Shown: positions 17,364 to 28,079, counted from the first letter of the stretch. The stretch is 64,000 nt of DNA from Candidatus Eiseniibacteriota bacterium (GCA_030622115.1 JAUXGN010000003.1:35465-99464); one strand, 5' to 3'. Notes: generated from the sequence alone by a model not told the origin. A program made the numbers and translations.

Positions 17364-19364
17364 ATGGTACTTCTGAGTGAATTGAGCATTTCCTTTGGCG
17401 GAACGCCCCTGTTCCGAAATCTCAGCTGGCGTGTCGGGGACCGGGACCGCGTCGGTCTCGTCGGGCCGAACGGTTGTGGAAAGACCACGCTTCTCCGACT
17501 GATCATGCGGGATGTGGGGGTCGATGCCGGGACCATCTCTGCCTCAAAGGGCACGACGTACGGCTACCTGCCTCAGGAGGAACTCACCGTATCCGGACGG
17601 ACGCTGTTCGATGAGGTGATGACCGTCCACGGCGAACTCCTCGAGATGGAGGTGCGCATGCGCGACCTCGAGCATCTCATGGCCGATACCGACCCGGATG
17701 GAAGCGAGCACGCGCGCGTCATGCGGGAGTATGCGGATCTCCAGCACCGCTTCGATGTGATGGGAGGCTTCACGATCGAGACACGTGTCGCGGAGGTTCT
17801 GTCCGGTCTAGGATTTACCCAAGATGACCACAGGAGGATGACTGAGGAATTCAGCGGCGGGTGGCAGATGCGGATCGCACTTGCGAAGCTCCTGCTCGCG
17901 TGCCCGACAGTGCTTCTCCTGGATGAGCCCACGAACCACCTGGATCTGGAATCCATCATCTGGCTTGAGGAGTACCTGTCGACGTATCCCGGAGCTGTGG
18001 TGCTCGTTTCTCACGACCGCTCGTTTCTTGACAGAGTCGTCTCCCGCATCAGTGAGCTCAGTTCCACGGGGATCGCCGACTACACGGGTGGCTATACGTC
18101 CTTTCTTGAGCAGCGAGAGAAACAGCGCGACGTGCTGATGGCAACCAGGCGTCAGGAGGAGCGGAGGATCGCGCACCTCCAGCGATTCGTGGACAGGTGG
18201 AAAGGCGACAAGAAGAAGGCGCCGCTCGTTCACAGCCGCGAGAAGATGATCGCACGCATCGAGCTTACGGAGATTCCACGGAGTACCAAGGCGATACACT
18301 TCAAGTTCCCGCAGCCTGAGCGGGGCGGAGCGGTGACGGTTTCCCTGAAGGGAATCCGTCAATCATACGGTGACAATGTTGTCTTCGACGGTCTGGATCT
18401 TGAGATCATCCGCGGAGATCGCGCGGCACTGGTCGGCGTGAATGGGGCCGGCAAATCGACACTGATGAAGATCATCGCCGACAAAATCGCGATAGCACGT
18501 GGCGAGAGGAAACTCGGGCACAACGTCACGATGCAGTACTTCGGTCAGGATCCGACCAAAGAGCTCAACCTCAACAACACCGTGCTGGGTGAGCTCGAGA
18601 CTGTCTCTCCCAATGACATGCGACCGAGGCTCCGCGGCCTGGCCGGAGCATTCATGTTCACCGGCAGCGACATCGACAAGCGAGTCAGTGTGCTGTCGGG
18701 CGGAGAGAAGAGCCGTCTCGCGTTCGCCAAGATGCTGCTCAGATCGGCCAACCTGCTCCTCCTCGACGAACCCACAAACCATCTGGACGTCGCATCGCGA
18801 GAGGTCCTCGAAGGAGCGCTCTCTCGATACGAGGGCACGATCTGCTTCGTGTCGCATGACCGCTCGTTCATGGACGCGATAGCGACCAAGGTCATCGAGG
18901 TCGGTGGCGGAACGCTGCGGACGTACATCGGTACGTACAGTGACTATCTCTGGGCCAAGAAGCGCGAGGCAGAAGAGAAGAACGTCTCACGCGGAGGGGG
19001 GAGCTCGGGAGGCCCGCGCAGCGCTCTGGGAGGCTTGCGGCACTCCGGGCGTTCGGACGGGGAAGCTCCCGCAAAGACCGGTAAGAGAAGAAGCGGTGGA
19101 CCCAAGAGCAAGGAACAGAAACGTCGGGAGGCCGAGGAACGGCAGAACGCCTCGCCGGCGAAGAAGGCTCTTCGCAGGAAATTGCGAGAGGCACGAGAAC
19201 GAATAGAAGTTGGAGAGAGCAGGCTCGAGGAGATCCTGATCGCGCTGACGGATCCAGCGGTCTACGGCGACGGGATGAAGGTCAAGGCGCTCTCGAACGA
19301 GCAGGAGGCGATTCACCAACGGGTCGACGAGCTCTACGGGTTCCTGGCCGAGCATGACGACTGA
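17364..19364 (+). CDS. ABC-F family ATPase (two ABC domains plus a C-terminal Lys/Arg-rich coiled-coil extension, Uup-like)
   Basis: 666 aa; two Walker A motifs (GPNGCGKTT, GVNGAGKST), two LSGGE/LSGG signatures, no TM domain, basic C-terminal tail. Confidence 0.85.
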   Translation: MVLLSELSISFGGTPLFRNLSWRVGDRDRVGLVGPNGCGKTTLLRLIMRDVGVDAGTISASKGTTYGYLPQEELTVSGRTLFDEVMTVHGELLEMEVRMRDLEHLMADTDPDGSEHARVMREYADLQHRFDVMGGFTIETRVAEVLSGLGFTQDDHRRMTEEFSGGWQMRIALAKLLLACPTVLLLDEPTNHLDLESIIWLEEYLSTYPGAVVLVSHDRSFLDRVVSRISELSSTGIADYTGGYTSFLEQREKQRDVLMATRRQEERRIAHLQRFVDRWKGDKKKAPLVHSREKMIARIELTEIPRSTKAIHFKFPQPERGGAVTVSLKGIRQSYGDNVVFDGLDLEIIRGDRAALVGVNGAGKSTLMKIIADKIAIARGERKLGHNVTMQYFGQDPTKELNLNNTVLGELETVSPNDMRPRLRGLAGAFMFTGSDIDKRVSVLSGGEKSRLAFAKMLLRSANLLLLDEPTNHLDVASREVLEGALSRYEGTICFVSHDRSFMDAIATKVIEVGGGTLRTYIGTYSDYLWAKKREAEEKNVSRGGGSSGGPRSALGGLRHSGRSDGEAPAKTGKRRSGGPKSKEQKRREAEERQNASPAKKALRRKLREARERIEVGESRLEEILIALTDPAVYGDGMKVKALSNEQEAIHQRVDELYGFLAEHDD

Positions 19365-19391
19365 TCGTAGGCCGATCGTATGCAGATATGT

Positions 19392-19424
19392 GGAAGGGCC
19401 GGGCACATCGTGCCCGGCCCTTCC
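19392..19424. terminator. GC-rich perfect hairpin (15-bp stem, 3-nt loop) between the convergent ABC-F and C25 genes; candidate bidirectional terminator
   Basis: ggaagggccgggcac-atc-gtgcccggcccttcc; no strong U-tract on either side. Confidence 0.5.
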
Positions 19425-19470
19425 TGCTGTAGCGTCACGCCGTGGTCGTACCGACGGTAGGCCGCCCGGC

Positions 19471-22400
19471 CTACTTCAGCAAAACGACCTTCTTCGTCAG
19501 CTTCGTGGCATCGGAAGTGAGTCTCACGAAGTAGACTCCGGATGATGCACGTTCGCCGTGGTCGTCAAGCCCGTTCCATACTACCGTCTTCCGCCCGGCA
19601 GACATCTCCTCTGCGAGAAGCGTCCGCACATGCTCACCGGCGACGTTGAAGACGCCGAGTTCAACCGCAGCGCCCCCATCAGGCACGAGGAAAGCGATGG
19701 TAGTGGTCGGATTGAACGGGTTCGGGAAGTTCTGTTCCAGGACCATTCGGCCGTGCGTCGTAACCCCACCCTCGTGCACACCAACCGGCTCCTCATATCC
19801 GAAGAATCCATTCCGGAGGAAGTTGTGCCGGAACGTCGCCCACTGGACACCGCTGCCGTCGTCGTAGTCACCCTCGACGTCCCAGACATACACGTTGGCG
19901 TCCATACCCGAGACGATGACCTCTACGTCACCATCATCATCGAAGTCGACGAGGGTCGGCGTGCAATAGATCTCGGCATCAGTCTGGATCGGCCATCCGG
20001 CCAGGATGCTGCCGTCGTCATCGAAGGCGTAGACCTTGCCGCTGTTGCATCCGATGACGATTTCCCAGTCGCTGTCGCCATCTATGTCGCCGACGGCAGG
20101 ACTCGAGTGGGTTCCCTCATCCATCATCTGAGGCCACCCCGGCAGACTGGAGCCGTACCAGGTCCATATATAGATACTGCCATCGACTCCTGCCTGGATA
20201 ATCTCGAGTTGACCGTTGCCGGTGATGTCGGCGACGGTGGGAGAGGGAGGAAAGTCCCCGCCCATGTCGACGTTCTTCGGCCAGCCGGGAAGCACCATAC
20301 CTTCGTGGTCGAACACCCATAGCGAGTCGTCATCCGCCGCAGCCAATACCTCAAGATCTCCATCGCCGTCCAGATCTGCGACGCAGGGGGATCCGATCGA
20401 TTTCTCCGATATGCGAACGGGCCAGCCCGGGACCCGCGTCCCGTCGGGGTTGAAGCAGTAGATGCTCTCTGAGCGTGATGGAACCAGAATCTCCAGCTCG
20501 TGATCTCCATCCAGATCGACGATAACGGCCGATCCGTATGCCCACGAAGCCATCAGATCGGCGAAGACGCCGTCCGTCGCCGCGTTGTTGTCTCCATCGA
20601 TCAGCTCAGAGCCGTTCGCGCTCCAGGCGTAAACGAAGCCGTCCGCACAGGGGATCACGACATCGTCGAGTCCGTCATGATCGAGGTCACCGAGAGCGGG
20701 CGTCGCCCAGCAGAACTTGGTCGTTGTCTTCGGCCACCCGTCAAGCACGGTGGCGTCCTCTGCGTTCCAGGCGAAGATCTCGTATTCCGGCTGGGGATCG
20801 CCCACATTGGCCCACGCGGCGCAGACGATTTCCGGATAGGGGTCGCCGTCCATCTCACCCACGGCTATTGAGGACCTGTAGCCGCCCTGTCCGTCAACCT
20901 CATAGACGCCTTCGGTCCTCGGGTCGCCGTCCCCGTCCCGGTACTCGACGCCGTTGTGATGCCAGCAGTAGATGTGGCCTGCGCCCACGAGGAGTTCGAG
21001 GTCACCGTCGAGATCGATGTCAACAAGGGCAGGCGTCCCGTATATGGACTCGCCGCCTGGGAGTGGCCAGCCCGGCTGACTCGGGGGGTTCGTGCTTATT
21101 TCGATGATATCCGAGTGATCGCCCTCGTTGCCGGAGGAGTCGATCGCCGCGACCTCGTAGTAGTAGCGAGTATTCTCATCCAGGCCGGCATCTTCGAAGT
21201 AGGAGATGAGTTCAACTGTGCCGTTGTTGGCCTGTGAGTATGGTCCCGCGAGGTGTTCGGCGCGATAGATGTTGTATCCCCAGAGATCGACGTCGTCCGT
21301 GGGATCCCACGTGAGATAGATGGTCGTCGATTTGACGCGTCCGGCGAGATTGAGCGGTTCTGCTGGAGGCGTAAGGTCGAAGAGCAACGTCCAGATTTTG
21401 CCATCCTCGTCGGAGAGTTCGAGTTCAAACGGCTGTGTCACGGCTGACACGATGTCGAACTCAAAGCTGCCCGCGCTCGCCACCTCTTGTCCTGCTGCGA
21501 TGTCACCCCAGCTGTCGGTACTGTCGGTGATAGTAACCTCAGCGCCGGGGTAGCGGAGGGTCCCTGTGACCAGGTCGGCGTCGCCGTCACCCTCATTGAG
21601 GATATCGATCGTCAGAGTGAGGTGCTCACCGATGTCGGGGATGCCGTCGCCGTTTCCGTCATCGCTCGCGTGGTTCCTGAGCTGGACCGGGATCGGACGG
21701 AACACGCGGAGCGTGTACTCGCTTATCCATGAGAGACGAGTTCCCTCAGAGAACTCGACCTCAAGAACAGTCTCATACTCATTGGGGCACGTATCGGCAA
21801 TCGTGATGGCGAAAGGAGCCGAGAGCGGCATCTCACTCGTCGCAGCGATGTCGCCGATGTACTCCGTTCCGTCGATGATTGCGATCGCCGGGTCGGTGCT
21901 CGTGAGCGTAGCGGTTACGGCAGTCGCCTGAGTCTGCCCGGCATTTCCGATGAGCATGCTGATCTCGATGCTCTCACCGGCTTCGGGCAGACCGTTGGCG
22001 TTCCCGTCACTCGGTGCGACCGCGTCGTCGTCGAGTGTGACCGATCTCACGGTGACGTATGCCCCGGCCGATGAGGTGACGACGATCGTGTCCTCATACG
22101 GCAGCTGGTTGGCGGCCGTGACAGTGATCGTCATCGAGCCGGTTGTCAGAGGAGCAAAGGACAGGAGCGCCTGGCCGGACGCGTTCGTTAACCCCGTGGC
22201 ATAGACTTCGCCGTCCTTGACGACGCACACGAGCGCACTGTCGACCGCCGCAGGGTTCGAAACCGAAACCGCCAGAGCGACCTGGCCGAGTGGCACGGTG
22301 TTGTTGTGCACGACCGTCATGCCGGCCGGTCTCGCAGTCCAGAGCCGAGCTTCAGGGTCTCCGAGCAGGACGAAGCTCATCTGGGTCCAGCGGTCCGTGT

Positions 22401-24189
22401 TGTCATAGGCTGACTCGGCGACATACGGAACCTTGCACATCGCGCTGACCACCCCGGCGCGAGTTGTGTCGAACGCGTGGAGATACTCGAACCAGGAGTA
22501 GTAGTAGTCCTTTGCCGTGGTCGGGAAACAGAATCTCGTCGGGCCGTAGACAAACGCTGTACCCCCGCCAGGGTTGTTGAGCACGTGCTCCGCAATGCAG
22601 TCGTACTCGATGGCGGTCGAGGTGCAGTTGAGCATCCAGATGAGACCCGACTTGCTGATTCCGTTCGTGAGAGCGTCGACATCCTGTATCGTGACGTAGT
22701 TCTCGAATCCCGCCCGCATGATGTCCTTGTTCCCGTGGCCTACGTGCGAGATGATGTTGTAGCCGCGTTCGAGCGAATCAATCATCGATACCCTGTTCAG
22801 AGGGAAGGAACTCGGGAAAGGTGAGTAGTTCTGGTAGACGAGCGAGGTGTGAATGGCCGGCGGGATGAGATGCAGCATTGGCTCCACGACATGCTCGGCG
22901 CCGTCGGTGCTCACGTAGTCGCCCGGTTGCCAGTCGTATGGGAACAGGACCTCGGCGAGAAAGAGATCCCTCTCAGTGAAGAGGGGATCAGGCGTCGCGA
23001 CGTAGGAGATGGTCTTGTCCACGAACGTTTCGGCTTCGATGATATTCGTGACAGTGGCCCTTCCTACGAACACATCGGGGTAGAGATCCAGACTGTCACC
23101 CGGGGATGATACGCCTCCGTACCCTTCGCCGAAGTAGTTGTCACCGTCACCATTCCAGTTTCCATCGAGGTCGCTGTAATACAGGTCTGTTGAGATGTCC
23201 CATCCACCATAGTATGAAGAGCGAATGAAGCGAATGGGTACTATGTTCGTATCCCCGCCCAGAAGCACATATGTGGTTCCCCAGGAGGCGAAGGCATCCT
23301 GAATGAACAACCGAATCCGTTCCGCCGTGTCGCTGCCACCTGTGTAGTTGGCGTTGATCCACGAGACGGTCTTGACAACGGCCGGCACACCCTTCTTCGT
23401 CTTCCAGTCGGCGATATCCTGGAAGCAGGGCGCCAGGTTCTCATCGGTGATGATGACGTACTCGACAAGGCTCCCCTCGAGAGAAGGGCCGTACCGAGGG
23501 GCGAACGCGCCGGCGCCCGTTCCATCCACCACCTCAACCGACTGTTTCGCGAACGCGGCTACATCCTCGGGATTCTCGACGAGCCCACGGACGATGCTGC
23601 GATAGCGCTCGTCCGAGCTTGCCGTTATCCGGTGGCGAGGCGCCGACCGATCGACACTCGCCACGAGCTTGATCTGTGCGGAGAGGTCGGTTGTGAGAAC
23701 CAGTCTGCCCGACAGTGGGTGGTACCTGAGAGGGGAGAGGGCTATGCTGGCGATATGGTAGCCTCCGAGATATCCGTCACCCAGAAAGACCGCACGGTCC
23801 GAAGGGTAGATGGCGTCGCTCTCGTAGATCGAGGCGTCCGGATCGGCCCGGGGTGGCGTCTCGCCGATGGGAACCTCGGGCTGAACGGGACGAACCCTGT
23901 GGACGCCCGGCAGTTCCTCCTCGGCTGTGAACGAGATGATGATGTCTTCCACCGCCATGTCCGCCGGGATCACGAAGTGGATGACTCTTGCAGGGATAGC
24001 GGGCGCGCCGACCTCGGCGAGCGAGCGATGTCCCTCGAGAGCAAGCTTCGAGAAACCGTCTTCCTGCAGGATCTCAATCTGTGACACATCAACAGGGAGA
24101 TCCACAGATGGACCTGTTGCCGCTGCTGAGAGGGCGACCAACGCGATCAGACAGAGAGCCAAGGTGAGAGCTGCCAATCTGGGGGTCAT
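19471..24189 (-). CDS. giant secreted C25 (gingipain-like) cysteine peptidase with FN3 domain, FG-GAP/'GWP' beta-propeller repeats and a T9SS C-terminal sorting domain
   Basis: Start at 'MTPRLAALTLALCLIALVALSAAATG' with an AAGGAGG SD 5 nt upstream. The six-frame ORF extends to 24288. Catalytic His in 'SHVGHGN' and Cys in 'WMLNCTSTAIEYDCIAEH'. Repeated 'LDGDGDLE…PGWP' units. C-terminus 'FPNPFNPTTTIAF…GVYFVRL…KKVVLLK'. Confidence 0.75.
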   Translation of the reverse strand: MTPRLAALTLALCLIALVALSAAATGPSVDLPVDVSQIEILQEDGFSKLALEGHRSLAEVGAPAIPARVIHFVIPADMAVEDIIISFTAEEELPGVHRVRPVQPEVPIGETPPRADPDASIYESDAIYPSDRAVFLGDGYLGGYHIASIALSPLRYHPLSGRLVLTTDLSAQIKLVASVDRSAPRHRITASSDERYRSIVRGLVENPEDVAAFAKQSVEVVDGTGAGAFAPRYGPSLEGSLVEYVIITDENLAPCFQDIADWKTKKGVPAVVKTVSWINANYTGGSDTAERIRLFIQDAFASWGTTYVLLGGDTNIVPIRFIRSSYYGGWDISTDLYYSDLDGNWNGDGDNYFGEGYGGVSSPGDSLDLYPDVFVGRATVTNIIEAETFVDKTISYVATPDPLFTERDLFLAEVLFPYDWQPGDYVSTDGAEHVVEPMLHLIPPAIHTSLVYQNYSPFPSSFPLNRVSMIDSLERGYNIISHVGHGNKDIMRAGFENYVTIQDVDALTNGISKSGLIWMLNCTSTAIEYDCIAEHVLNNPGGGTAFVYGPTRFCFPTTAKDYYYSWFEYLHAFDTTRAGVVSAMCKVPYVAESAYDNTDRWTQMSFVLLGDPEARLWTARPAGMTVVHNNTVPLGQVALAVSVSNPAAVDSALVCVVKDGEVYATGLTNASGQALLSFAPLTTGSMTITVTAANQLPYEDTIVVTSSAGAYVTVRSVTLDDDAVAPSDGNANGLPEAGESIEISMLIGNAGQTQATAVTATLTSTDPAIAIIDGTEYIGDIAATSEMPLSAPFAITIADTCPNEYETVLEVEFSEGTRLSWISEYTLRVFRPIPVQLRNHASDDGNGDGIPDIGEHLTLTIDILNEGDGDADLVTGTLRYPGAEVTITDSTDSWGDIAAGQEVASAGSFEFDIVSAVTQPFELELSDEDGKIWTLLFDLTPPAEPLNLAGRVKSTTIYLTWDPTDDVDLWGYNIYRAEHLAGPYSQANNGTVELISYFEDAGLDENTRYYYEVAAIDSSGNEGDHSDIIEISTNPPSQPGWPLPGGESIYGTPALVDIDLDGDLELLVGAGHIYCWHHNGVEYRDGDGDPRTEGVYEVDGQGGYRSSIAVGEMDGDPYPEIVCAAWANVGDPQPEYEIFAWNAEDATVLDGWPKTTTKFCWATPALGDLDHDGLDDVVIPCADGFVYAWSANGSELIDGDNNAATDGVFADLMASWAYGSAVIVDLDGDHELEILVPSRSESIYCFNPDGTRVPGWPVRISEKSIGSPCVADLDGDGDLEVLAAADDDSLWVFDHEGMVLPGWPKNVDMGGDFPPSPTVADITGNGQLEIIQAGVDGSIYIWTWYGSSLPGWPQMMDEGTHSSPAVGDIDGDSDWEIVIGCNSGKVYAFDDDGSILAGWPIQTDAEIYCTPTLVDFDDDGDVEVIVSGMDANVYVWDVEGDYDDGSGVQWATFRHNFLRNGFFGYEEPVGVHEGGVTTHGRMVLEQNFPNPFNPTTTIAFLVPDGGAAVELGVFNVAGEHVRTLLAEEMSAGRKTVVWNGLDDHGERASSGVYFVRLTSDATKLTKKVVLLK

Positions 24190-24464
24190 CACTTCCTCCT
24201 TCACCGCTTGTGTTTTCGGTTCGAGCGCCTCAGGGACAAGAACGGGATCGAAGCGCATTGTCGTACGCCCGATCCCGGTGCAAGTCACGCGGATACAAAC
24301 AGAGAAACATTACCGCGCTCAGAGCTACCGTTGGGCATCGCTTTCACGATGCGTCAGATCATCAATGTCGGCTCTTTCAGGACGGTAGCAGTGTGGTGAG
24401 CGGTGTTTCTCCCCTGATGCAGCTGCCGGATGCGAATGCCAGCTTGATTGTTTCTATTGAAGAT

Positions 24465-24520
24465 ATTGTAGCATAATTTACCGAGCGCGTCAAGGAGCAT
24501 CCGCTCGATGACGCGCTCGG
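24465..24520 (-). promoter_or_regulatory. near-consensus sigma70-type promoter on the minus strand (-35 TTGACG, 17-bp spacer, -10 TACAAT) whose -35 is embedded in a 12-bp perfect palindrome (CCGAGCGCGTCA-N16-TGACGCGCTCGG); drives the C25 gene through a ~270-nt 5' UTR
   Basis: Hexamers and spacing read from the reverse complement of 24465-24493; palindrome arms at 24481-24492 and 24509-24520. Confidence 0.5.
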
Positions 24521-24603
24521 TTTACCATATGCTCTGCAAGTGATGCCTGCCCAACTCCTACACCCGCAGTGCGCATCACTGCAACCGCCACTCACACACA
24601 AGA

Positions 24604-24649
24604 AGGCGGACAGAACCTGATCCCGACATGGGACCGGTCCTGTCCGCCT
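24604..24649 (-). terminator. hairpin (10-bp stem AGGCGGACAG/CTGTCCGCCT with an inner GGACCGGTCC palindrome) followed on the minus strand by UCUUGUGUGUG; candidate terminator of the upstream C25 gene
   Basis: Inverted repeat read from the sequence 26 nt downstream of the stop at 24675. Confidence 0.45.
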
Positions 24650-24674
24650 CTCTCGAACCTCGATTGTGGTGATA

Positions 24675-27600
24675 CTACTTCAGGAGTACCATCTTGCGCG
24701 AGTCTTCCCAATCGCCGATGGCGGCACGGACGAAGTAGACTCCGGATGAGACCTGCCTGCCACGCGAGTCCTTCCCGTTCCAGACGACCAAGTGGTTCCC
24801 CGCGGTAGCTGGTCCATCAACCAGGACTGAGACAAGCCTGCCGGCGACATCGTAGACGGCGAGGCGTGCGTGCGCGCCCTCGAGACCTACCGCGTAGCTG
24901 ATCGTCGTGGTGGGGTTGAACGGGTTTGGTGCATTCTGGTGGAGCCGGTTCGGGAGCGCTGCAGAAGCGTCAGCCACTCCCGTGTTACCGATGAGATTGA
25001 GATCCGTGAGGATCCTGGTCACGTATTCGAGATGCGTCGATGGATATCCCGATCCCGTCATGCCGCCGAGGATCACCGGTATCATGTAGCGGTGTGATCC
25101 GGTTGCAGGATCGACATAGTGCGTTCCCCTGCACTCGAGACTCTGGTCGCTCCAGAGCAGAGCACTGCCGGGCTCGCCGTCGGGGCCGACCTTGCTGATG
25201 AACTGATCCGGATCGGCCTGGTAGTCATACGTGAAGTAGAGTCCATCCATGACAGTTCCGGTTGCGCCATCCAGTGACTGGACGTTCCCGATGCTCTTCC
25301 CGTTCCCCATCGCGTACGTGCAATGGAAGCGCTCCCACAGATCCAGCGTCGTTTCGGTTCCGTTGACCTTGTACTGGCCACCGAAGTTCGGTTCCTCAGT
25401 GTAGAGGCTTCCGCCGTCGTCCACGAACGCGATGAGCTGAGCAGCTTCATCGTCCGACATCGGTACGTTGAAGCCGCCGAAGTTGATGACCCCGCCCAGA
25501 TAGATGATGAGGTCGAAGGGACTGAGATCTTCCGGCAGCGTCTCGGAGTAGATGTAGAACTCGCCTATCGAGTCAAGCGTCTGAAGCCACGGCACTTCCG
25601 TGCCGTCTTCCTCAGAGAAGGTATCGTTCACTCCGTCGAACGGCATGTCGCCGTCGTCGGCGTCCCACAGGAGTACCTTGGCGTTCACGCTTGCTGCTAT
25701 CGGACCGACGCAGTCAACAAGACTGTCCTCGTTGCCCCAGAGATCTCCCGCCATCACCGCGTAGTAGTATGGCTCCGCATTCGACACGGTTGTGTCGTCG
25801 AGAGTCGTGCCGTCGGGCACGAGCAGCCCGGAAGCGATGGGCGTGAGTCCGGACACGTCCGCGAATGGCGTGGACTCGCGGTAGACCTTGTAGTACGCAA
25901 AGTCGCTGGGGGCGACATAGCCCGTCCAGTCGAGTTCCACGAGGCCGCCCAGATCGAACGGATCGGCAGCTATCAGCGTGCCGATGGGGTCGGGCGCGGT
26001 CGTGTCCAACGGCTGGTCGACGATTGTGAGTGTCTCTTCGTGAGGAAGCATGTCGGGTCCCGTCACCATCATGGAGAGAGCGCCCTCGACAGTCGGATCG
26101 ATGTCCACTTCAGCGATTCCATCGGCGCCCGTTGTGAAGACCGCATCGATCTCATCGTTGTGAAGGTAGATGGACACGCCTTCAATGGCTCCATCATCAT
26201 TCTGAATCGTTACAACGAACGGCTCACCGGATAGCGGGATACTCGTGGGGCAGTTAACGGTCGCGGTTGAAGGCTCGTGAGACCATATCCTCATCTCAGG
26301 ATCACCCAACAGATTCAGCTCGTAGAGCACGTAGCGCGTGTAGCCATCGGTACGGGCTTCGCTGACGAACACATCCTTGTGAGCAGCGTGGGCCACGCCG
26401 ATGATATCGTTGCCGTGGTTGTACAGCTGGCTGAAGAACTCGCGGTCGTACCGATCGGACGTTCCGTTGCCTGGTCCACCGGGCGAGCCCCATCCATAGC
26501 GGCTGTTGCCGACAAATGCCACGCCGCCGCCGGGAGAGTTCATCCAGTGCTCGGCGATACAGTCGTAGTCGATGGCGGCCGGATAGCATCCGATCGTCAC
26601 GAAGATGCCCTGCCTGTCTCCGTTGCTCATGCCATCGAAGTCGGAGCGGTAGAGTGACGAGCTGCCGATGCAGAGGACACTGTAGTGGGCGTGGCCGTTG
26701 TGATTCGTGATGTTCTGACCGGCGTTGAGATTGCTCATGGTTCGCGATTTCGTCAGGAGTCCGTTCGTTTCATAGAGCTTCGTGATCGGATCGAACTGTC
26801 CGGGAACCGATTCATCGTCGATGTAGTTCTTGCAGATGGCATGGTCGGTCCATGGATCGGTCCACAGCACTTCCGCGAGGAAGAGCATGTTCTCCTGGTA
26901 GTCGGTAGGGAGCGTGTTCCCGGCAGGAGAACCCTCGTACGTGAGAACCTTCGTGACGAAGCGCGATGCTTCCGTCGTCGAGTTCACTGGAGCGCGGCCG
27001 ACATAGACGTCCGCATAGAGATCGATGCTGTCCTGCGTGATCTCGCCCCATGTGCTGTCGCCATCGCCGTTCCACGTGCCATCGAGGTCGCTGTAGTAGA
27101 GATCGCAGATCGGCGAATTCTCGCTTCCGCTTCCGACGTTGTATGCGTAGGCTGCACGCGCCGGCACGATATTGGTGTCGCCTCCCAGGAGAACCCACAG
27201 AGTGCCGTGGTTCTCGTAGTAGTCGATGATACAGTTTCGGACCATCTCCGCGTTGTCGACACCGTCGTAGTTCGCATAGATCCAGGAGGTCGAAACAATC
27301 TCTGTTGTGAGGCCCTTCTGTTCCTTCCAGTCGGCAAGAGGCTGGAAGAGGGACTCGTATGTTGAGCTTGTCACGATGAGATAGTCGACTTGATCATCTC
27401 TTGTCGTGAGGGTGGAAGCCGCCTCAACATCATACGGATTGACCACGAAGTCCCTGACCCTCCCGACCACAACCGCATCCGCCCGTTCAGATCGTCTCGC
27501 GGGGACCCGAGATACTCTCGTGTCCCGCTCGAGTTCGAGAGTGACAGTGATGCTCTCATTCAGCGTAAGCCTGCCGTCGAGCGGACTGTACTGGAGTGGG

Positions 27601-28079
27601 TAGACCGCAACCGTCGCAACCCGATGTCCGGACATGTTGCCCGTGTCCATGAGGCGACAGGCCATCGAAGGATACGGCGCAGGCGACTCATATACGCTCG
27701 GTTCGGGGTCGATCCACTCCGGGATCCTCGGGAGCGAGAGCGGGATCTGCGGCTGGACCGGTCGGATTCTGAATCTTTCGGGAAGCACGCTCACTCGCGC
27801 GACCGTCGCTGATGCGCTCGAGGCCGTCATCCCGTCAGGGAGAGCGAATCGTATGAATGCGACCGGGAGTTCCGGGCGACCCAGTTCGAGCGTGGATCTC
27901 AGGCCTTTCATCTCTATGACATCGTACCCGGTCACGCGTGAGGTCACGAGTTCGTGAGACGAGAACTCCATCGAATATGCAAGTGAAGGGGCCGCGAGCG
28001 CGGCCGGAGCCCAGAGACACATGATCATGACGACCACGAGGGCTGAAGACAATACGATCCGACGCTCAGACAGCCGCAT
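24675..28079 (-). CDS. second secreted C25 (gingipain-like) cysteine peptidase with T9SS C-terminal sorting domain; paralog of 19471..24189
   Basis: Start 'MRLSERRIVLSSALVVVMIMCLWAPAALA' with the AAGGAGG SD at a 6-nt spacing. The ORF's first ATG at 28085 abuts the SD. Shared 'LLGGDTNIVP', 'GHAH…' and 'IDYDCIAEH' blocks. C-terminus 'APNPFNPTTTISY…GVYFVRA…RKMVLLK'. Confidence 0.75.
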   Translation of the reverse strand: MRLSERRIVLSSALVVVMIMCLWAPAALAAPSLAYSMEFSSHELVTSRVTGYDVIEMKGLRSTLELGRPELPVAFIRFALPDGMTASSASATVARVSVLPERFRIRPVQPQIPLSLPRIPEWIDPEPSVYESPAPYPSMACRLMDTGNMSGHRVATVAVYPLQYSPLDGRLTLNESITVTLELERDTRVSRVPARRSERADAVVVGRVRDFVVNPYDVEAASTLTTRDDQVDYLIVTSSTYESLFQPLADWKEQKGLTTEIVSTSWIYANYDGVDNAEMVRNCIIDYYENHGTLWVLLGGDTNIVPARAAYAYNVGSGSENSPICDLYYSDLDGTWNGDGDSTWGEITQDSIDLYADVYVGRAPVNSTTEASRFVTKVLTYEGSPAGNTLPTDYQENMLFLAEVLWTDPWTDHAICKNYIDDESVPGQFDPITKLYETNGLLTKSRTMSNLNAGQNITNHNGHAHYSVLCIGSSSLYRSDFDGMSNGDRQGIFVTIGCYPAAIDYDCIAEHWMNSPGGGVAFVGNSRYGWGSPGGPGNGTSDRYDREFFSQLYNHGNDIIGVAHAAHKDVFVSEARTDGYTRYVLYELNLLGDPEMRIWSHEPSTATVNCPTSIPLSGEPFVVTIQNDDGAIEGVSIYLHNDEIDAVFTTGADGIAEVDIDPTVEGALSMMVTGPDMLPHEETLTIVDQPLDTTAPDPIGTLIAADPFDLGGLVELDWTGYVAPSDFAYYKVYRESTPFADVSGLTPIASGLLVPDGTTLDDTTVSNAEPYYYAVMAGDLWGNEDSLVDCVGPIAASVNAKVLLWDADDGDMPFDGVNDTFSEEDGTEVPWLQTLDSIGEFYIYSETLPEDLSPFDLIIYLGGVINFGGFNVPMSDDEAAQLIAFVDDGGSLYTEEPNFGGQYKVNGTETTLDLWERFHCTYAMGNGKSIGNVQSLDGATGTVMDGLYFTYDYQADPDQFISKVGPDGEPGSALLWSDQSLECRGTHYVDPATGSHRYMIPVILGGMTGSGYPSTHLEYVTRILTDLNLIGNTGVADASAALPNRLHQNAPNPFNPTTTISYAVGLEGAHARLAVYDVAGRLVSVLVDGPATAGNHLVVWNGKDSRGRQVSSGVYFVRAAIGDWEDSRKMVLLK

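Noticed and set aside
17207-17554. N-terminal 116 codons of ORF 16286..17554
   Set aside because: Pro/Arg-rich translation of the divergent intergenic region; the conserved eIF-2B-like domain begins at the Met at 17206.
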